A stretch of 64,000 nucleotides of DNA from Woeseiaceae bacterium (GTDB taxonomy: Bacteria > Pseudomonadota > Gammaproteobacteria > Steroidobacterales > Woeseiaceae). The notes below the pieces were generated by a model. The model was given only the letters and a program-made list of their open reading frames with translations, searched no databases and had not been told where the DNA came from. Positions 1 to 9,936 of the stretch are shown piece after piece (positions within the stretch are counted from its first letter, which is position 1; the number at the start of each line of letters is the position of its first letter). The stretch spans positions 20,088 through 84,087 of the forward strand of contig JAXHLH010000003.1 of the NCBI GenBank assembly GCA_034522415.1, written 5' to 3'. A program made the position numbers and the translations under genes.

Positions 1-2494
1 CACTACCTTCGGTTCTGCGCGCGGCTCGCGCCGGTCGCCCGGCTCGCTGCGGCTCCTCTCCGGCGCGGCCTTGTCTTCCCGCGGCGTCTCATGCTTCTCG
101 TCGCTGTCGGATTTCGGCGGCTTCTCACGGGCGGCCGGCACGTCGGGCTTGCCGCTATCGTCCGGCCTGGCTTGCGGGGCTGGCGCCTTGTCCGGACTGG
201 CGCCGTTCGCCGCCTTGTCATCCGCAGGCGCGTTGTCGCGTTTCGCGCCGGCATCGCCATCGTTGCGGCCCGCGGGCACCTTGTCGTCCGGCCCGGCATC
301 ATTGCCGGGTTTGTCGCTTCGCTGCGAGTCGCGCGACGCTGCCTGCTCGCCGCTACCGCTTTCCTGCTGCCGGTCGCCCGACTTGCGGCGACGCCGTCCG
401 CCGCGACTGCGACGCTTGCTGCTCTTTTTCTGCTCGCCGCCCTGTGATTCTTCGCGCGACGCATCGTCGCCGGTCCTGGCCGGCGCGTCCTTTTGCTGGT
501 CGTCGGACGTGTCTTTCGCCTTGCGCTTGTCCTTGTCTTTTTTCCTGTCCTGGTCCTTGTTCTTGTCGCGCGCCTGGCCGTCCTGCTTGTCGGCCTTCTT
601 GCCGCGCTTTTTGGTCGACTTTTTGCGGGACGGACGCCCGGCGTCGTCCTTGTCGCCGTCACTCCGGCGCTTGCCGCGCCTGTCGCCGCGTTTGTCGCCC
701 TGCTTGTCGCCATGATCGTCGACTCGCTTGTCCGCACGCTTGCCGCGCTTGCCCGGCGACTTTTTCGCCGCGGTTTTCCTGCGCGGCTTGCTCGTCTCTT
801 CCTCGTCGTCGGCGCCGCCGGCGAACAGGGCTGCCAGGCGTGCCAGGAAGCCGGGAGCGCGCGGCGCTGCTTCGGGTTTCTTGCGGGGCGGGGCCGGTGT
901 CGTCACGATCGTCGTGACCGCGGCGAGCTCGGCTGGCTTGCTCTCCTGCAGGCTGTCGGGAATCGCGTCCTCGTCTTCGGGGTCGACGAGCTGGTAGCTG
1001 CTGCCGGTATTCTCCGGCAGCTCCACCTGGTCGTCGCGGACCCGGCGGATGCGGTAGTGCGGCGTTTCGAGGGCCTCGTTGGCGACCAGCACGACATGCG
1101 TGTCATTGCGCGTTTCCAGGTTCTGGACCCAGTCGCGCTTTTCGTTCAGCAGGTAAGTCGCCACCTCGACCGGCAGCTGGGCAATGACCTTGGCGGTCCG
1201 CTCTTTGCGCGCTTCCTCGCCGATGATGCGCAGGATCGCGAGCGCCAGCGATTCCACGCTGCGAATATTGCCGAAGCCGCTGCAGCGCGGGCAGGTGAGA
1301 TAGGCCGATTCGCCCAGCGAAGGCCGCAGGCGCTGGCGTGACATCTCGAGCAGGCCGAAGCGCGAAATCTTGCCGATCTGGACCCGTGCGCGGTCCTGGC
1401 GTACCGCTTCGCGCAGCCGGTTTTCGACGTCGCGCTGGTTTTTCTGCGGGCCCATGTCGATGAAGTCGATGACGATCAGGCCGCCAAGGTCGCGCAGCCT
1501 GAGCTGGCGGGCGACTTCGTCGGCCGCCTCGAGATTGGTATTGAGCGCCGTCGCCTCGATGTCCCCGCCCTTGGTGGCGCGGGCCGAATTGATGTCGATC
1601 GATACCAGTGCTTCCGTGTGGTCAATGACCAGGCTGCCGCCCGACGGCAGGTGCACCATGTGCGCGAACGCCGATTCGATCTGCGTCTCGATCTGGAACC
1701 GCGTAAACAGCGGCACCGGGTCGGTGTAGTGTTTCAGCTTGCGCTGGTTGTGCGGCATGACCTGTTCGACGAAATCGCGTGCCTCGACGTAAGTCGCCTC
1801 AGTCGTCGATCAGGACTTCGCCAATGTCGTTGGTCAGGTAGTCGCGCAGCGCGCGTACGACCGCATTGCTCTCCCGGTAAATCAGGAACGGTGACGGCCG
1901 CTCAACGACGACCTTCAGGATGGCCTGCCAGACGTTCAGCAGGTTCTCGAGGTCCCATGCCAGTTCTTCGGTGGTCCGGTCGATGCCCGCGGTGCGCAGG
2001 ATGACACTCATGCCATCCGGGATTTCGACGTCCTTCAGGGACGAGCGTGCCTCGTCGCGATCCTGGCCGGTGATGCGCCGCGACACGCCGCCGGAGCGTG
2101 GCTTGTTTGGTTTCAGGACGATGAAGCGGCCGGCCAGGCTGACAAACGTCGTCAGTGCGGCGCCCTTGTTGCCGCGTTCTTCCTTGTCGATCTGGACGAC
2201 AATGTCCTGTCCTTCCCTGAGGACTTCCTTGATACTGGGTTTGCCGTCGACATCCTTGACGAAATACTCGCTGGAGATTTCCTTCAGGGGCAGGAAGCCG
2301 TGGCGTTCGGCGCCGTAGTTGACGAACGCCGCCTCGAGGCTGGGCTCGATGCGCGTGATCTTGCCCTTGTAGATGTTGGCCTTTTTACGTTCGCTGGACG
2401 GAGCTTCTATGTTGAGATCGAAGAGGCGCTGGCCATCGACCATTGCCATGCGCAACTCTTCTTCCTGAGTTGCGTTGATTAACATTCTTTTCAT
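1..2494 (-). CDS. rne: Ribonuclease E (3' end runs off the window; 1-nt frameshift near 1800)
   Basis: N-terminus [27 protein letters not shown]...[17 protein letters not shown] is RNase E. It continues in another frame (IDFIDM, CPRCSG Zn-link) into a charged low-complexity C-terminal region. Confidence 0.96.
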
Positions 2495-2856
2495 GATGCC
2501 CTACTTGATGGAAAGGCAGCACGGCGGTCAGGCTGAAAAGGGTGGCCAGGTTGGGGAGAGACAATGCACGGCCGGTACCCGGGCGCAGGGCACCCGGTTT
2601 GTCTGGCACAATTTCTATTAAGACCCGATCATCAGGGATCAGGCCCAGCAGAAAGAGAATCATTGTGTCCCTGCGGCTACGCCGCCTGGCGCTTGCCGGA
2701 TGGCCGGTTCGCTGCCGAATGGATGTCCGGCCTCGCAGTTGCGGGCCGGATATGAATAAAATAAACGCCGGACCGGTAAACTGCCGATCGCGGCGGACTT
2801 TCAAATCATGCGGCCGAAATACCGTCGGACAGGCCGCACAGCGTCGTAATATAGCA
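2495..2856 (-). promoter_or_regulatory. Putative rne promoter (extended -10 TGCTATATT) and ~345-nt 5' UTR
   Basis: AATATAGCA at 2848-2856 reads TGCTATATT on the minus strand. The long non-coding leader parallels the autoregulatory rne UTR of E. coli. Confidence 0.5.
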
Positions 2857-2912
2857 CAGCAATTCCGCTTTGCACCGCCAATCTTTCCACTCCAGGCAAC
2901 AAGTGATTCCTT

Positions 2913-3912
2913 ATGCAACGGATCCCTCCCGCCGCCGCCGGCGGCCAGCAGACGGGCGTGCAGAAGGTTGCGGTGGACGCGGAATCGGCCGGCCAGCGCA
3001 TCGATAATTTCCTCCGCCGCTTTCTGCCGGGGGTGCCGAAAAGCCGTGTCTACCGCATCCTGCGGCGCGGCGAGGTGCGCGTCAACGGCGGCCGGGTCCG
3101 CGCCGACTACCGGCTCCGCGAGGGCGACGAGGTCCGTATCCCGCCGGCGCGGGTCAACCCGGCCGGGCCGCCCCCGCCGCGCCACCGGATCGACGATCTC
3201 GCGACGCGCGTGCTGTACGAGGACAAGCGCCTGCTGGTCGTCGACAAGCCGGCCGGCATGGCGGTGCACGGCGGCAGCGGCATCAGTCACGGCGTGATCG
3301 AAACGCTGCGTGCGGCGCGCCCCGAACTGCAAGACCTCGAACTCGTTCATCGCCTGGATCGCGAAACCTCGGGCTGCCTGGTGCTCGCGAAACGCCGCAG
3401 CGCGCTGCGTGCGCTGCACGAGGCGTTTCGCGAAGGGCGAGTCGAGAAGAACTATCTTGCGCTGGTGGCCGGCGACTGGCAGTCGGGCGAGCGGCTTGTC
3501 GATGCGCCGCTCCTGGTGACGCACCGCAAGGGCGGCGAACGCCACGTCGTCGTCGACCCCGCCGGGAAACCGGCGGCCACGCGTTTCAGGCTCGCGCGCG
3601 CTCTGGGCGCTTACAGCCTGCTGCAGTGCCAGCCGGAAACCGGTCGCACACACCAGATCCGCGTGCACCTCGCGGCGGAGGGCTTCCCGATCGCCGGCGA
3701 CGAACGCTACGGTGATGTCGCCGTGAATCGCCGCGCCGCGCAGGCAGGTCTCGAGCGGCTGTTCCTGCACGCGCAGTCGATCGCGTTTGCCGACGGCAGT
3801 GGCAACGAACACCACTTCACGGCACCGCTGGCGGCCGACCTGGAGCATTTCCTGGAGAGTGCGGGGAACGGCAAGCGTACGCGCCGGTCGCGTTACCTGC
3901 GTAAGAAGATAG
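2913..3912 (+). CDS. rluC: 23S rRNA pseudouridine synthase RluC (true stop near 3910 obscured, probably by an indel)
   Basis: S4 domain GQRIDNFL..KSRVYRILRRGEVRVN, VHRLDRETSG, GRTHQIRVH and RLFLHA motifs; divergent from rne. Confidence 0.92.
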
Positions 3913-3915
3913 GGG

Positions 3916-4517
3916 TCAGGGAGCAGGGCACCAAGTTCCCGCAGTGTCGCCGCAAGCCAGATCATGGGCAGGCCGATCAATGCCGTCGGATCCTCGGTGC
4001 TGACGGAGCGGAACAGCACGAAGCCGGCGCCCTCGATGCGAAAGCTGCCGGCGCAGTCGTACGGCTCGTCGTGACTCAGGTAGGTTTCGGCCTGGCGACG
4101 ATCGAATGTGCGAAAGCGGACCGTCGTCCGGTCGACGTGCTCGTAGCGCCGCCTGCCGTGCGGGTCGAGTACACACACCGCCGTCAGGAATTCCATTGTC
4201 TTGCCGGAGGCAGCCATCAGCTGCTCGACGGCCGCGCTGTGATCGCCGGGCTTGCCGACGATGCGACCGCCCAGCACGGCGAGCTGGTCGGCGCCGATGA
4301 TCACGGCGTCGCGATACTGGCTGGCGACCGCTTCCGCCTTGCTGCGCGCAAGCCGCGCCGCGACCGCTTCCGGTCCGCCGGGCTCATCGCTCGCCTCGGC
4401 ACGCTCGTCAATGCCCGGGGAGACGACCTCGAATTCGTTCAGGAAACGGTCGAGCAGGCCGCGGCGATAGCGTGACGAGGAGGCCAGGATGATGGGCGCG
4501 GCGGACGGATTCTGCAC
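3916..4517 (-). CDS. maf: Maf-family nucleotide pyrophosphatase (YceF-like)
   Basis: IILASSSRYRR, IIGADQ, GKPG, PYDCAGSFRIEG and DPTALIGLP inside ORF 2385..4592. GTG start at 4517; stop inferred at 3916 given one indel. Confidence 0.9.
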
Positions 4518-4643
4518 GAAGGGAGCGGCACGAGCCTTGTGGGCCAGGGGCCGCACAGTGTACCTGCTTTGCGGTCCGGCGCCAGTCGCCACAGGGACCG
4601 CAAGTTGCCGGCTGTGCTCGCCTTTTTGGCCGCGAAAGTTCTT

Positions 4644-4672
4644 TTGACAGGGCTACCCGGGGTACTTATCAT
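4644..4672 (+). promoter_or_regulatory. Sigma70 promoter for yceD-rpmF-plsX-fabH
   Basis: TTGACA (4644-4649), 17-nt spacer, TATCAT (4667-4672), then a GC-rich discriminator GCGCCCGC and ATG at 4682. Confidence 0.8.
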
Positions 4673-4681
4673 GCGCCCGCC

Positions 4682-5278
4682 ATGGCGAACCCACTGCTGG
4701 ATCGCGCGGCGCCCGAGCAGCTGGCCCGGAATCGGCAAGCGTTTGAAATAGTTGAAAATTTATCGACTTTCGAACAACTCGCAGCGATCGTGGCGGCGGA
4801 TCTCGGCACGCTGGGCGCGGACAATCGACCCGTATCATGGCGCGATACGCCGGTGCGGGTGGCGTTGCAATTCGGCTGGGCCGACGCCCGCGAGGTGCTG
4901 CCGCAGCTGACCGGCACCGTGCAAACGCGGGTGCCCGCGGTCTGCCAGCGTTGCCTGCAGCCGTGCGAGATTCCGCTCGACCTGGCGCTCGCGCTGCTGT
5001 TGTTGGGTCCGGACGCGGTGCAGACCGCCGACGTTGCGCTGGAATCATGGGAGCTGGACGAGGACACGTTGCGGCCTCTCGATGTCGTCGAAGAGTCGCT
5101 GATCATGGCCCTGCCGATGGTTGCGCGGCACGATTCGACGTCGGAATGCGGTACGCTCGCAACCGGCGCCGGGGAAGTGCCGGCGCCGGATACCGTGCGA
5201 CCGTTCGCGGGATTGAAGGCACGGATGAAAGGAACGAATGACGAACCGCAGGGCGGTTCGGAGGATTGGGACGCCTGA
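4682..5278 (+). CDS. yceD: YceD/DUF177 ribosome biogenesis protein
   Basis: [23 protein letters not shown] and RPFAGLK motifs; upstream of rpmF. Confidence 0.9.
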   Translation: MANPLLDRAAPEQLARNRQAFEIVENLSTFEQLAAIVAADLGTLGADNRPVSWRDTPVRVALQFGWADAREVLPQLTGTVQTRVPAVCQRCLQPCEIPLDLALALLLLGPDAVQTADVALESWELDEDTLRPLDVVEESLIMALPMVARHDSTSECGTLATGAGEVPAPDTVRPFAGLKARMKGTNDEPQGGSEDWDA

Positions 5279-5363
5279 CAGGGCAACGCCGAAAAGCACG
5301 AGTTCGGGCATACATTACGATTACAGTGGCGTTGCGCGGCAACGCCCGCTAGCGGAGACAGAA

Positions 5364-5558
5364 ATGGCTGTTCAAAAAAGTCGAAGAACACCGGCACGTC
5401 GCGGCATGCGACGCTCGCACGACAAGCTCAAGGGACCTGCGTTGTCGGTCGATCCGACGTCGGGCGAGACCCACCTGCGCCATCGCGTATCGCCGGACGG
5501 TTTCTACCGCGGCAACCAGGTGATCGAGCAGCCCACGCACGACGAAGACGACGATTGA
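5364..5558 (+). CDS. rpmF: 50S ribosomal protein L32
   Basis: [22 protein letters not shown]...[17 protein letters not shown]; GGAG RBS upstream. Confidence 0.97.
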   Translation: MAVQKSRRTPARRGMRRSHDKLKGPALSVDPTSGETHLRHRVSPDGFYRGNQVIEQPTHDEDDD

Positions 5559-5609
5559 TCGTCTTACCTGATTCACACCGCGTCTGACGGCGACAGCCTG
5601 GCAGACTGA

Positions 5610-6622
5610 GTGCGAACCCAATCCGTAATTTCAGTCGATGCGATGAGCGGCGACCTCGGTGCCGAGGTAGTCGTGCGTGCGGCGCATCAATGCCTGGAGG
5701 CGCACGCCAACCTCAAGCTGATCCTGGTCGGTGACGAGGAGCGGCTGACGTCGCTCGTCGCGAGCATCGTCGGCCACGATCCACGGCTCGAAATCCGGGC
5801 GACTCACCGAGGTTGTCGGCATGTCGGAGTCGCCTGCCGACGCGTTGCGCAAGAAGAAGGATTCGTCGATGCGCGTCGCGATCGACCTCGTCAAGAGCGG
5901 TGACGCCGAGGCATGCGTGAGCGCCGGCAACACCGGCGCACTGATGGCAACAGCAAAATTCGTGCTCAAGATGCTGCCGGGCATCGACCGTGTCCGCGAT
6001 CATCGCCGAACTGCCGGCGATCGGCGGTACCGTTCACGTGCTGGACCTCGGTGCAAACACCGCCTGCAGCGCCGAGCAGTTGTTCCAGTTCGCCGTGATG
6101 GGTTCGATCGTGACCGGGGATATCCGCAGCATCGATCGGCCGCGGCTGGCCTTGCTCAACATCGGTGTCGAGGATACGAAAGGCCTCGATACGGTGAGAG
6201 CGGCGGCCGCGCTGCTGCAAACCAGCGGCTTGAACTACGTCGGCTATATCGAGGGCAGCGAGATTTTCTCGGGCAAGGCCGACGTTGTCGTGACCGACGG
6301 TTTCACCGGAAACGTCGCGCTCAAGACGATGGAGGGCACGGTCGGGCTGGCATCGCACTACCTGCGCAGTGCCTTCACCCGCAACGCGTTCGCAAAGCTG
6401 CAGGCTTTTCTTGCGCGCCCTGTCCTCCGGAGCCTCGCGGTGCGCATGGACTCGCGTCACTACAACGGTGCCTCGCTGGTCGGACTTAATGGTATTGTAA
6501 TAAAGAGCCACGGCGGCGCCGATTCGGTCGCGTTCCAGCACGCAATCGAGACCGCGCTTGTCGAAGTCAGGAACCAGGTGCCGCAGCAAATCGGCAGTCT
6601 GCTGGAACAGGAAGCCGCATGA
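5610..6622 (+). CDS. plsX: Phosphate acyltransferase PlsX (two frameshifts, near 5805 and 5990)
   Basis: [42 protein letters not shown] and IKSHG spread across three ORF pieces. Confidence 0.94.
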
Positions 6623-7587
6623 TCTATTCGCGCATCGCCGGCACAGGCCGCTACCTGCCTGAACGGGTCATGACCAATGCCGATCTCGAGACGATGGTCG
6701 AGACCACTGACGAATGGATACGTACCCGCACCGGGGTCGAGCGCCGGCACATTGCCGCCGAAGACCAGTCGACGTCGGACCTGTGTGTCGAGGCGGCGCG
6801 CCAGGCGTTCGACTCGGCAGGTGTCGGCATCGACGACATCGACCTGATCGTCGTTGGAACGACCACGCCGGACCTCATCTTTCCCAACGTCGCGACGCTT
6901 ATCCAGGAAAAGCTCGGCATTCACGGTTGTCCGGCGTTCAGTGTCGAGGCGGCGTGTACCGGTTTCATCTATGCGTTGTCGATTGCCGACAAGTTCGTGC
7001 GCGCCGGCGAAGCAGAATGCGCCCTCGTAATTGGCGCCGAGGTCCTGTCGAAGATCGTCGACTGGAAGGATCGCACGACCTGTGTACTGTTCGGCGACGG
7101 CGCCGGTGCGGTCGTACTGCGGCCGGCCGACGAGCCGGGCATCATCTCGACGCATCTCGGCGCGGACGGTAAATACAAGGACCTGCTGTACTACCCGTTC
7201 GGCGCATCGAAAGACCTGCACAAGACGGCCACCGAAGAAGGCCGCATCATCATGAAAGGCAATGAAGTCTTCAAGGTCGCGGTCAAGACCCTCGAGGGCG
7301 TTGCCGAACAGGCACTTGCCGCAAACAACATCGACAAGAGCGACCTCGACTGGCTGGTGCCGCACCAGGCGAACCTGCGCATCATCCAGGCGACGGCAAA
7401 ACGTCTCGGGCTGCCGATGGAGCGGGTCATACTGACCGTGCAGGATCACGGCAATACGTCGGCCGCTTCCGTGCCCATGGCATTCGACGTCGGCGTGCGC
7501 GACGGACGCATCCAGCGCGGACAACTTGTTCTGATGGAAGCGTTCGGCGGCGGGTTCACCTGGGGATCGGTGCTGCTCCGATACTAG
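6619..7587 (+). CDS. fabH: 3-oxoacyl-ACP synthase III
   Basis: [30 protein letters not shown] and FGGGFTWG motifs. Confidence 0.97.
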   Translation: MIYSRIAGTGRYLPERVMTNADLETMVETTDEWIRTRTGVERRHIAAEDQSTSDLCVEAARQAFDSAGVGIDDIDLIVVGTTTPDLIFPNVATLIQEKLGIHGCPAFSVEAACTGFIYALSIADKFVRAGEAECALVIGAEVLSKIVDWKDRTTCVLFGDGAGAVVLRPADEPGIISTHLGADGKYKDLLYYPFGASKDLHKTATEEGRIIMKGNEVFKVAVKTLEGVAEQALAANNIDKSDLDWLVPHQANLRIIQATAKRLGLPMERVILTVQDHGNTSAASVPMAFDVGVRDGRIQRGQLVLMEAFGGGFTWGSVLLRY

Positions 7588-7609
7588 TCGGCGCTGGCGG
7601 GGAGCAGGT

Positions 7610-8266
7610 ATGACGGTCACGCTTGTCATCGGCAACAAGAACTATTCCTCCTGGTCGCTGCGGGCCTGGTTGTTGCTGCGTGAGGCCGGCATTCCATTCG
7701 ACGAAATCCGCATTCCGCTTGATACACCCGCGTTCCCGGCACGAATTGCCGAGTATTCGCCGGCCGGCTGCGTGCCGGTGATGCTGCTGGACGATGCGCC
7801 CGTTTGGGATTCACTGGCGATCGCCGAGACCGTCGCGGAGCGCTGGCCACGCGCCGGACTCTGGCCGGACGACGCGGCGGCCCGGGCTCACGCGCGCAGT
7901 ATCTCCGCCGAAATGCACAGCGGCTTTGCGGCGCTTCGCCGGGAAATGCCCATGAACTGCCGCGCCATGGGGCGGCGTGTTGCGCTGCCCGATGCCGTCA
8001 GCCGGGATATCGACCGGATCTTCGCCATCTGGTCGGACTGCCACGACCGCTACGCCGGACCGGACGACTGGCTGTTCGGCCGGTTCAGCGTGGCAGACGC
8101 GATGTACGCGCCCGTGGTCTTGCGTTTACGCACCTACGGGATCAATCTGCCGGACAGCGCCCGGCGCTACCCGGCAAGGCTGCTCGAAAGCGAGGCGCTG
8201 CAGAACTGGCTGGCGGCCGCGGAGTCGGAAACAGAAGTCATTGACGGAGAGGAAAAGGGACGGTGA
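7610..8266 (+). CDS. Glutathione S-transferase family protein
   Basis: LVIGNKNYSSWSLRAW, VWDSLAIAE, ARSISAEMHSGF and FSVADAMYAPV motifs. Confidence 0.9.
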   Translation: MTVTLVIGNKNYSSWSLRAWLLLREAGIPFDEIRIPLDTPAFPARIAEYSPAGCVPVMLLDDAPVWDSLAIAETVAERWPRAGLWPDDAAARAHARSISAEMHSGFAALRREMPMNCRAMGRRVALPDAVSRDIDRIFAIWSDCHDRYAGPDDWLFGRFSVADAMYAPVVLRLRTYGINLPDSARRYPARLLESEALQNWLAAAESETEVIDGEEKGR

Positions 8267-9354
8267 TCAGACCGGCGGGCAAGGGCACAAGGGCGCGGCC
8301 GACTGCGATGCGGCGGTTATGGCCGGTCATTGCGGGATTATGCGCATCCATTTCGTCCGCCGAGGTCTACGACCTGCCGCCCGACGGCAGCGATGTCATC
8401 GGGTCCGTGGTCACCGTCACGGCCCGTGCCGAGGATACGTTGCTCGATATTGCGCGGCGTCACGGCCTCGGCTACGAGGATATCGTCATCGCAAACCCGC
8501 AGGTCGATGTATGGCTGCCGGGCGAGGGGACGGAAGTCGTGCTGCCGACCCGCTACGTGCTGCCGTCGGCAGCGCGCCGCGGTATCGTGCTCAACCTTGC
8601 CGAGTACCGCATGTACTACTATCCCGACGTCGCGGACGGGCAGCGACCGGTCGTCATGACCTACCCGATGAGCATTGGGCGCATGGACTGGGAGACACCG
8701 CTCGGCCGTACGCGCGTTATTTCCAAGGTTCGTAATCCCGCATGGTATCCGCCCGATTCCGTGCGCGCCGAGCACGAGGCCGACGGACGCTCCCTGCCGC
8801 GCATCGTGCCGCCCGGACCGGACAATCCGCTGGGCGATCGTGCCATGCGGCTGGACCTGCCGGGGTATCTCATACACGGCACCAACCGGCCGGCCGGCGT
8901 CGGCATGCGCGTGACGCACGGTTGCATCCGCATGTTTCCCGAGGATATCGGTTACCTGTTCGAGCACGTGGGCATCGATACGCCGGTAACCATCGTCAAT
9001 GAGCCGGTGAAAATGGGCTGGGACGGCGATGTACTGCTCATGGAAGTCCATCGCACGCTGGCGGTAACGCCACCGCCGGCGGACTCGACGCTCGCCGAGG
9101 TGGCGGACGTGCTGACTGCGGCGGCGGACCAGGCCGATCGCGAAGCTGCGGCAACCGGCGAGAGTGCCCCTCAACAGCGCGGCGGCCTGACCGCTGTCAC
9201 GCAGCAATACGTCAATGCGACTCGCTCCCGCCAGGGCGACCTGGAATGGGACCTGGCTGAAACGCTGCTCCGGCAACCGGACGGCATTCCGGCGCCGGTG
9301 GGCCGGGGCAAAAAAACGCCGCGACAAGCGCGGCGTCTGAATAGATCGTCGTAG
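8263..9354 (+). CDS. L,D-transpeptidase (ErfK/YbiS type, LysM-like + YkuD domain)
   Basis: DTLLDIARRHGLGY, PPGPDNPLG and YLIHGTN...GMRVTHGCIRM catalytic motif. Start may be ATG 8308. Confidence 0.93.
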   Translation: MIRPAGKGTRARPTAMRRLWPVIAGLCASISSAEVYDLPPDGSDVIGSVVTVTARAEDTLLDIARRHGLGYEDIVIANPQVDVWLPGEGTEVVLPTRYVLPSAARRGIVLNLAEYRMYYYPDVADGQRPVVMTYPMSIGRMDWETPLGRTRVISKVRNPAWYPPDSVRAEHEADGRSLPRIVPPGPDNPLGDRAMRLDLPGYLIHGTNRPAGVGMRVTHGCIRMFPEDIGYLFEHVGIDTPVTIVNEPVKMGWDGDVLLMEVHRTLAVTPPPADSTLAEVADVLTAAADQADREAAATGESAPQQRGGLTAVTQQYVNATRSRQGDLEWDLAETLLRQPDGIPAPVGRGKKTPRQARRLNRSS

Positions 9355-9361
9355 TCTGGCG

Positions 9362-9664
9362 CTACTTGGACATCGATTGCTGGAACATGCGCTCCAGGCG
9401 ATCCCGGTTTGCATCGCAGCAGGACTGCGCTTCGTTGGCTGCCGACAGGGCACGATCCGCCGTGCTCTGGGCGCTGGCTGCGGCGCGGGCTGCGCTGTCT
9501 GCTGCGGCGCGAGCTGCTTCTGCTGCCGATTTGGCGGCGGCTGCGTCGCGAGCTGCCGCATCGGCCGTTGCCTGCACGGCTTCGATATCGGTGCTGGCAC
9601 AACCAGAGGCCAAGCCAAGCACCAGTACGGCCGCGCCCACTTCGAGTGCGTTCTTAATCATCAT
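9362..9664 (-). CDS. Lpp/OprI-like alanine-zipper outer membrane lipoprotein
   Basis: Lipobox LASGC, Ala-rich heptads, C-terminus DRLERMFQQSMSK ending in Lys. Confidence 0.88.
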   Translation of the reverse strand: MMIKNALEVGAAVLVLGLASGCASTDIEAVQATADAAARDAAAAKSAAEAARAAADSAARAAASAQSTADRALSAANEAQSCCDANRDRLERMFQQSMSK

Positions 9665-9700
9665 CCAAGTTTCCTCTGTTGGAATATAAATTGCCCGCGC

Positions 9701-9729
9701 ATTATTTCGTAAAGCGCGCTGATCTTCAA
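9701..9729 (-). promoter_or_regulatory. Putative sigma70 promoter for the Lpp/OprI-like gene
   Basis: Minus strand TTGAAG-N17-AATAAT, followed by an AT-rich leader and GAGG RBS. Confidence 0.5.
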
Positions 9730-9936
9730 TGAATCTATGGTTTTATCCGCGATCTGTCGGTCATTCGCGACAGCCGCGAGGCCCATAGCATACGCTAATC
9801 CATGAAAGTGTCACGCGGTACCGCCGCTGCCGCGGGCAGCCGGATCCGCCCGCCGGCAGCGACCCCCGGGGACTCGCCCGGCCGCAGCAGGAAGAAAAGG
9901 TCACTACCCCCTCGAACCGGGGAGCGTGCGCGCTGC

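Noticed and set aside
400-800. Repetitive GACAAG-like sequence near the window start
   Set aside because: It encodes the Asp/Lys/Arg-rich disordered C-terminal region of RNase E and is not an independent repeat element.
1790-1810. Programmed frameshift or stop read-through in rne (and similar breaks in serS, ftsK, clpA, plsX)
   Set aside because: No slippery sites or consistent recoding signals; one extra or missing base restores each frame, and the errors are window-wide.
2385-4592. Long mutually overlapping antisense ORFs (520-aa RluC, 735-aa Maf)
   Set aside because: Homology stops near 3910-3920 for both. Read-through is best explained by indels removing the stops plus stop-codon scarcity in high-GC DNA.
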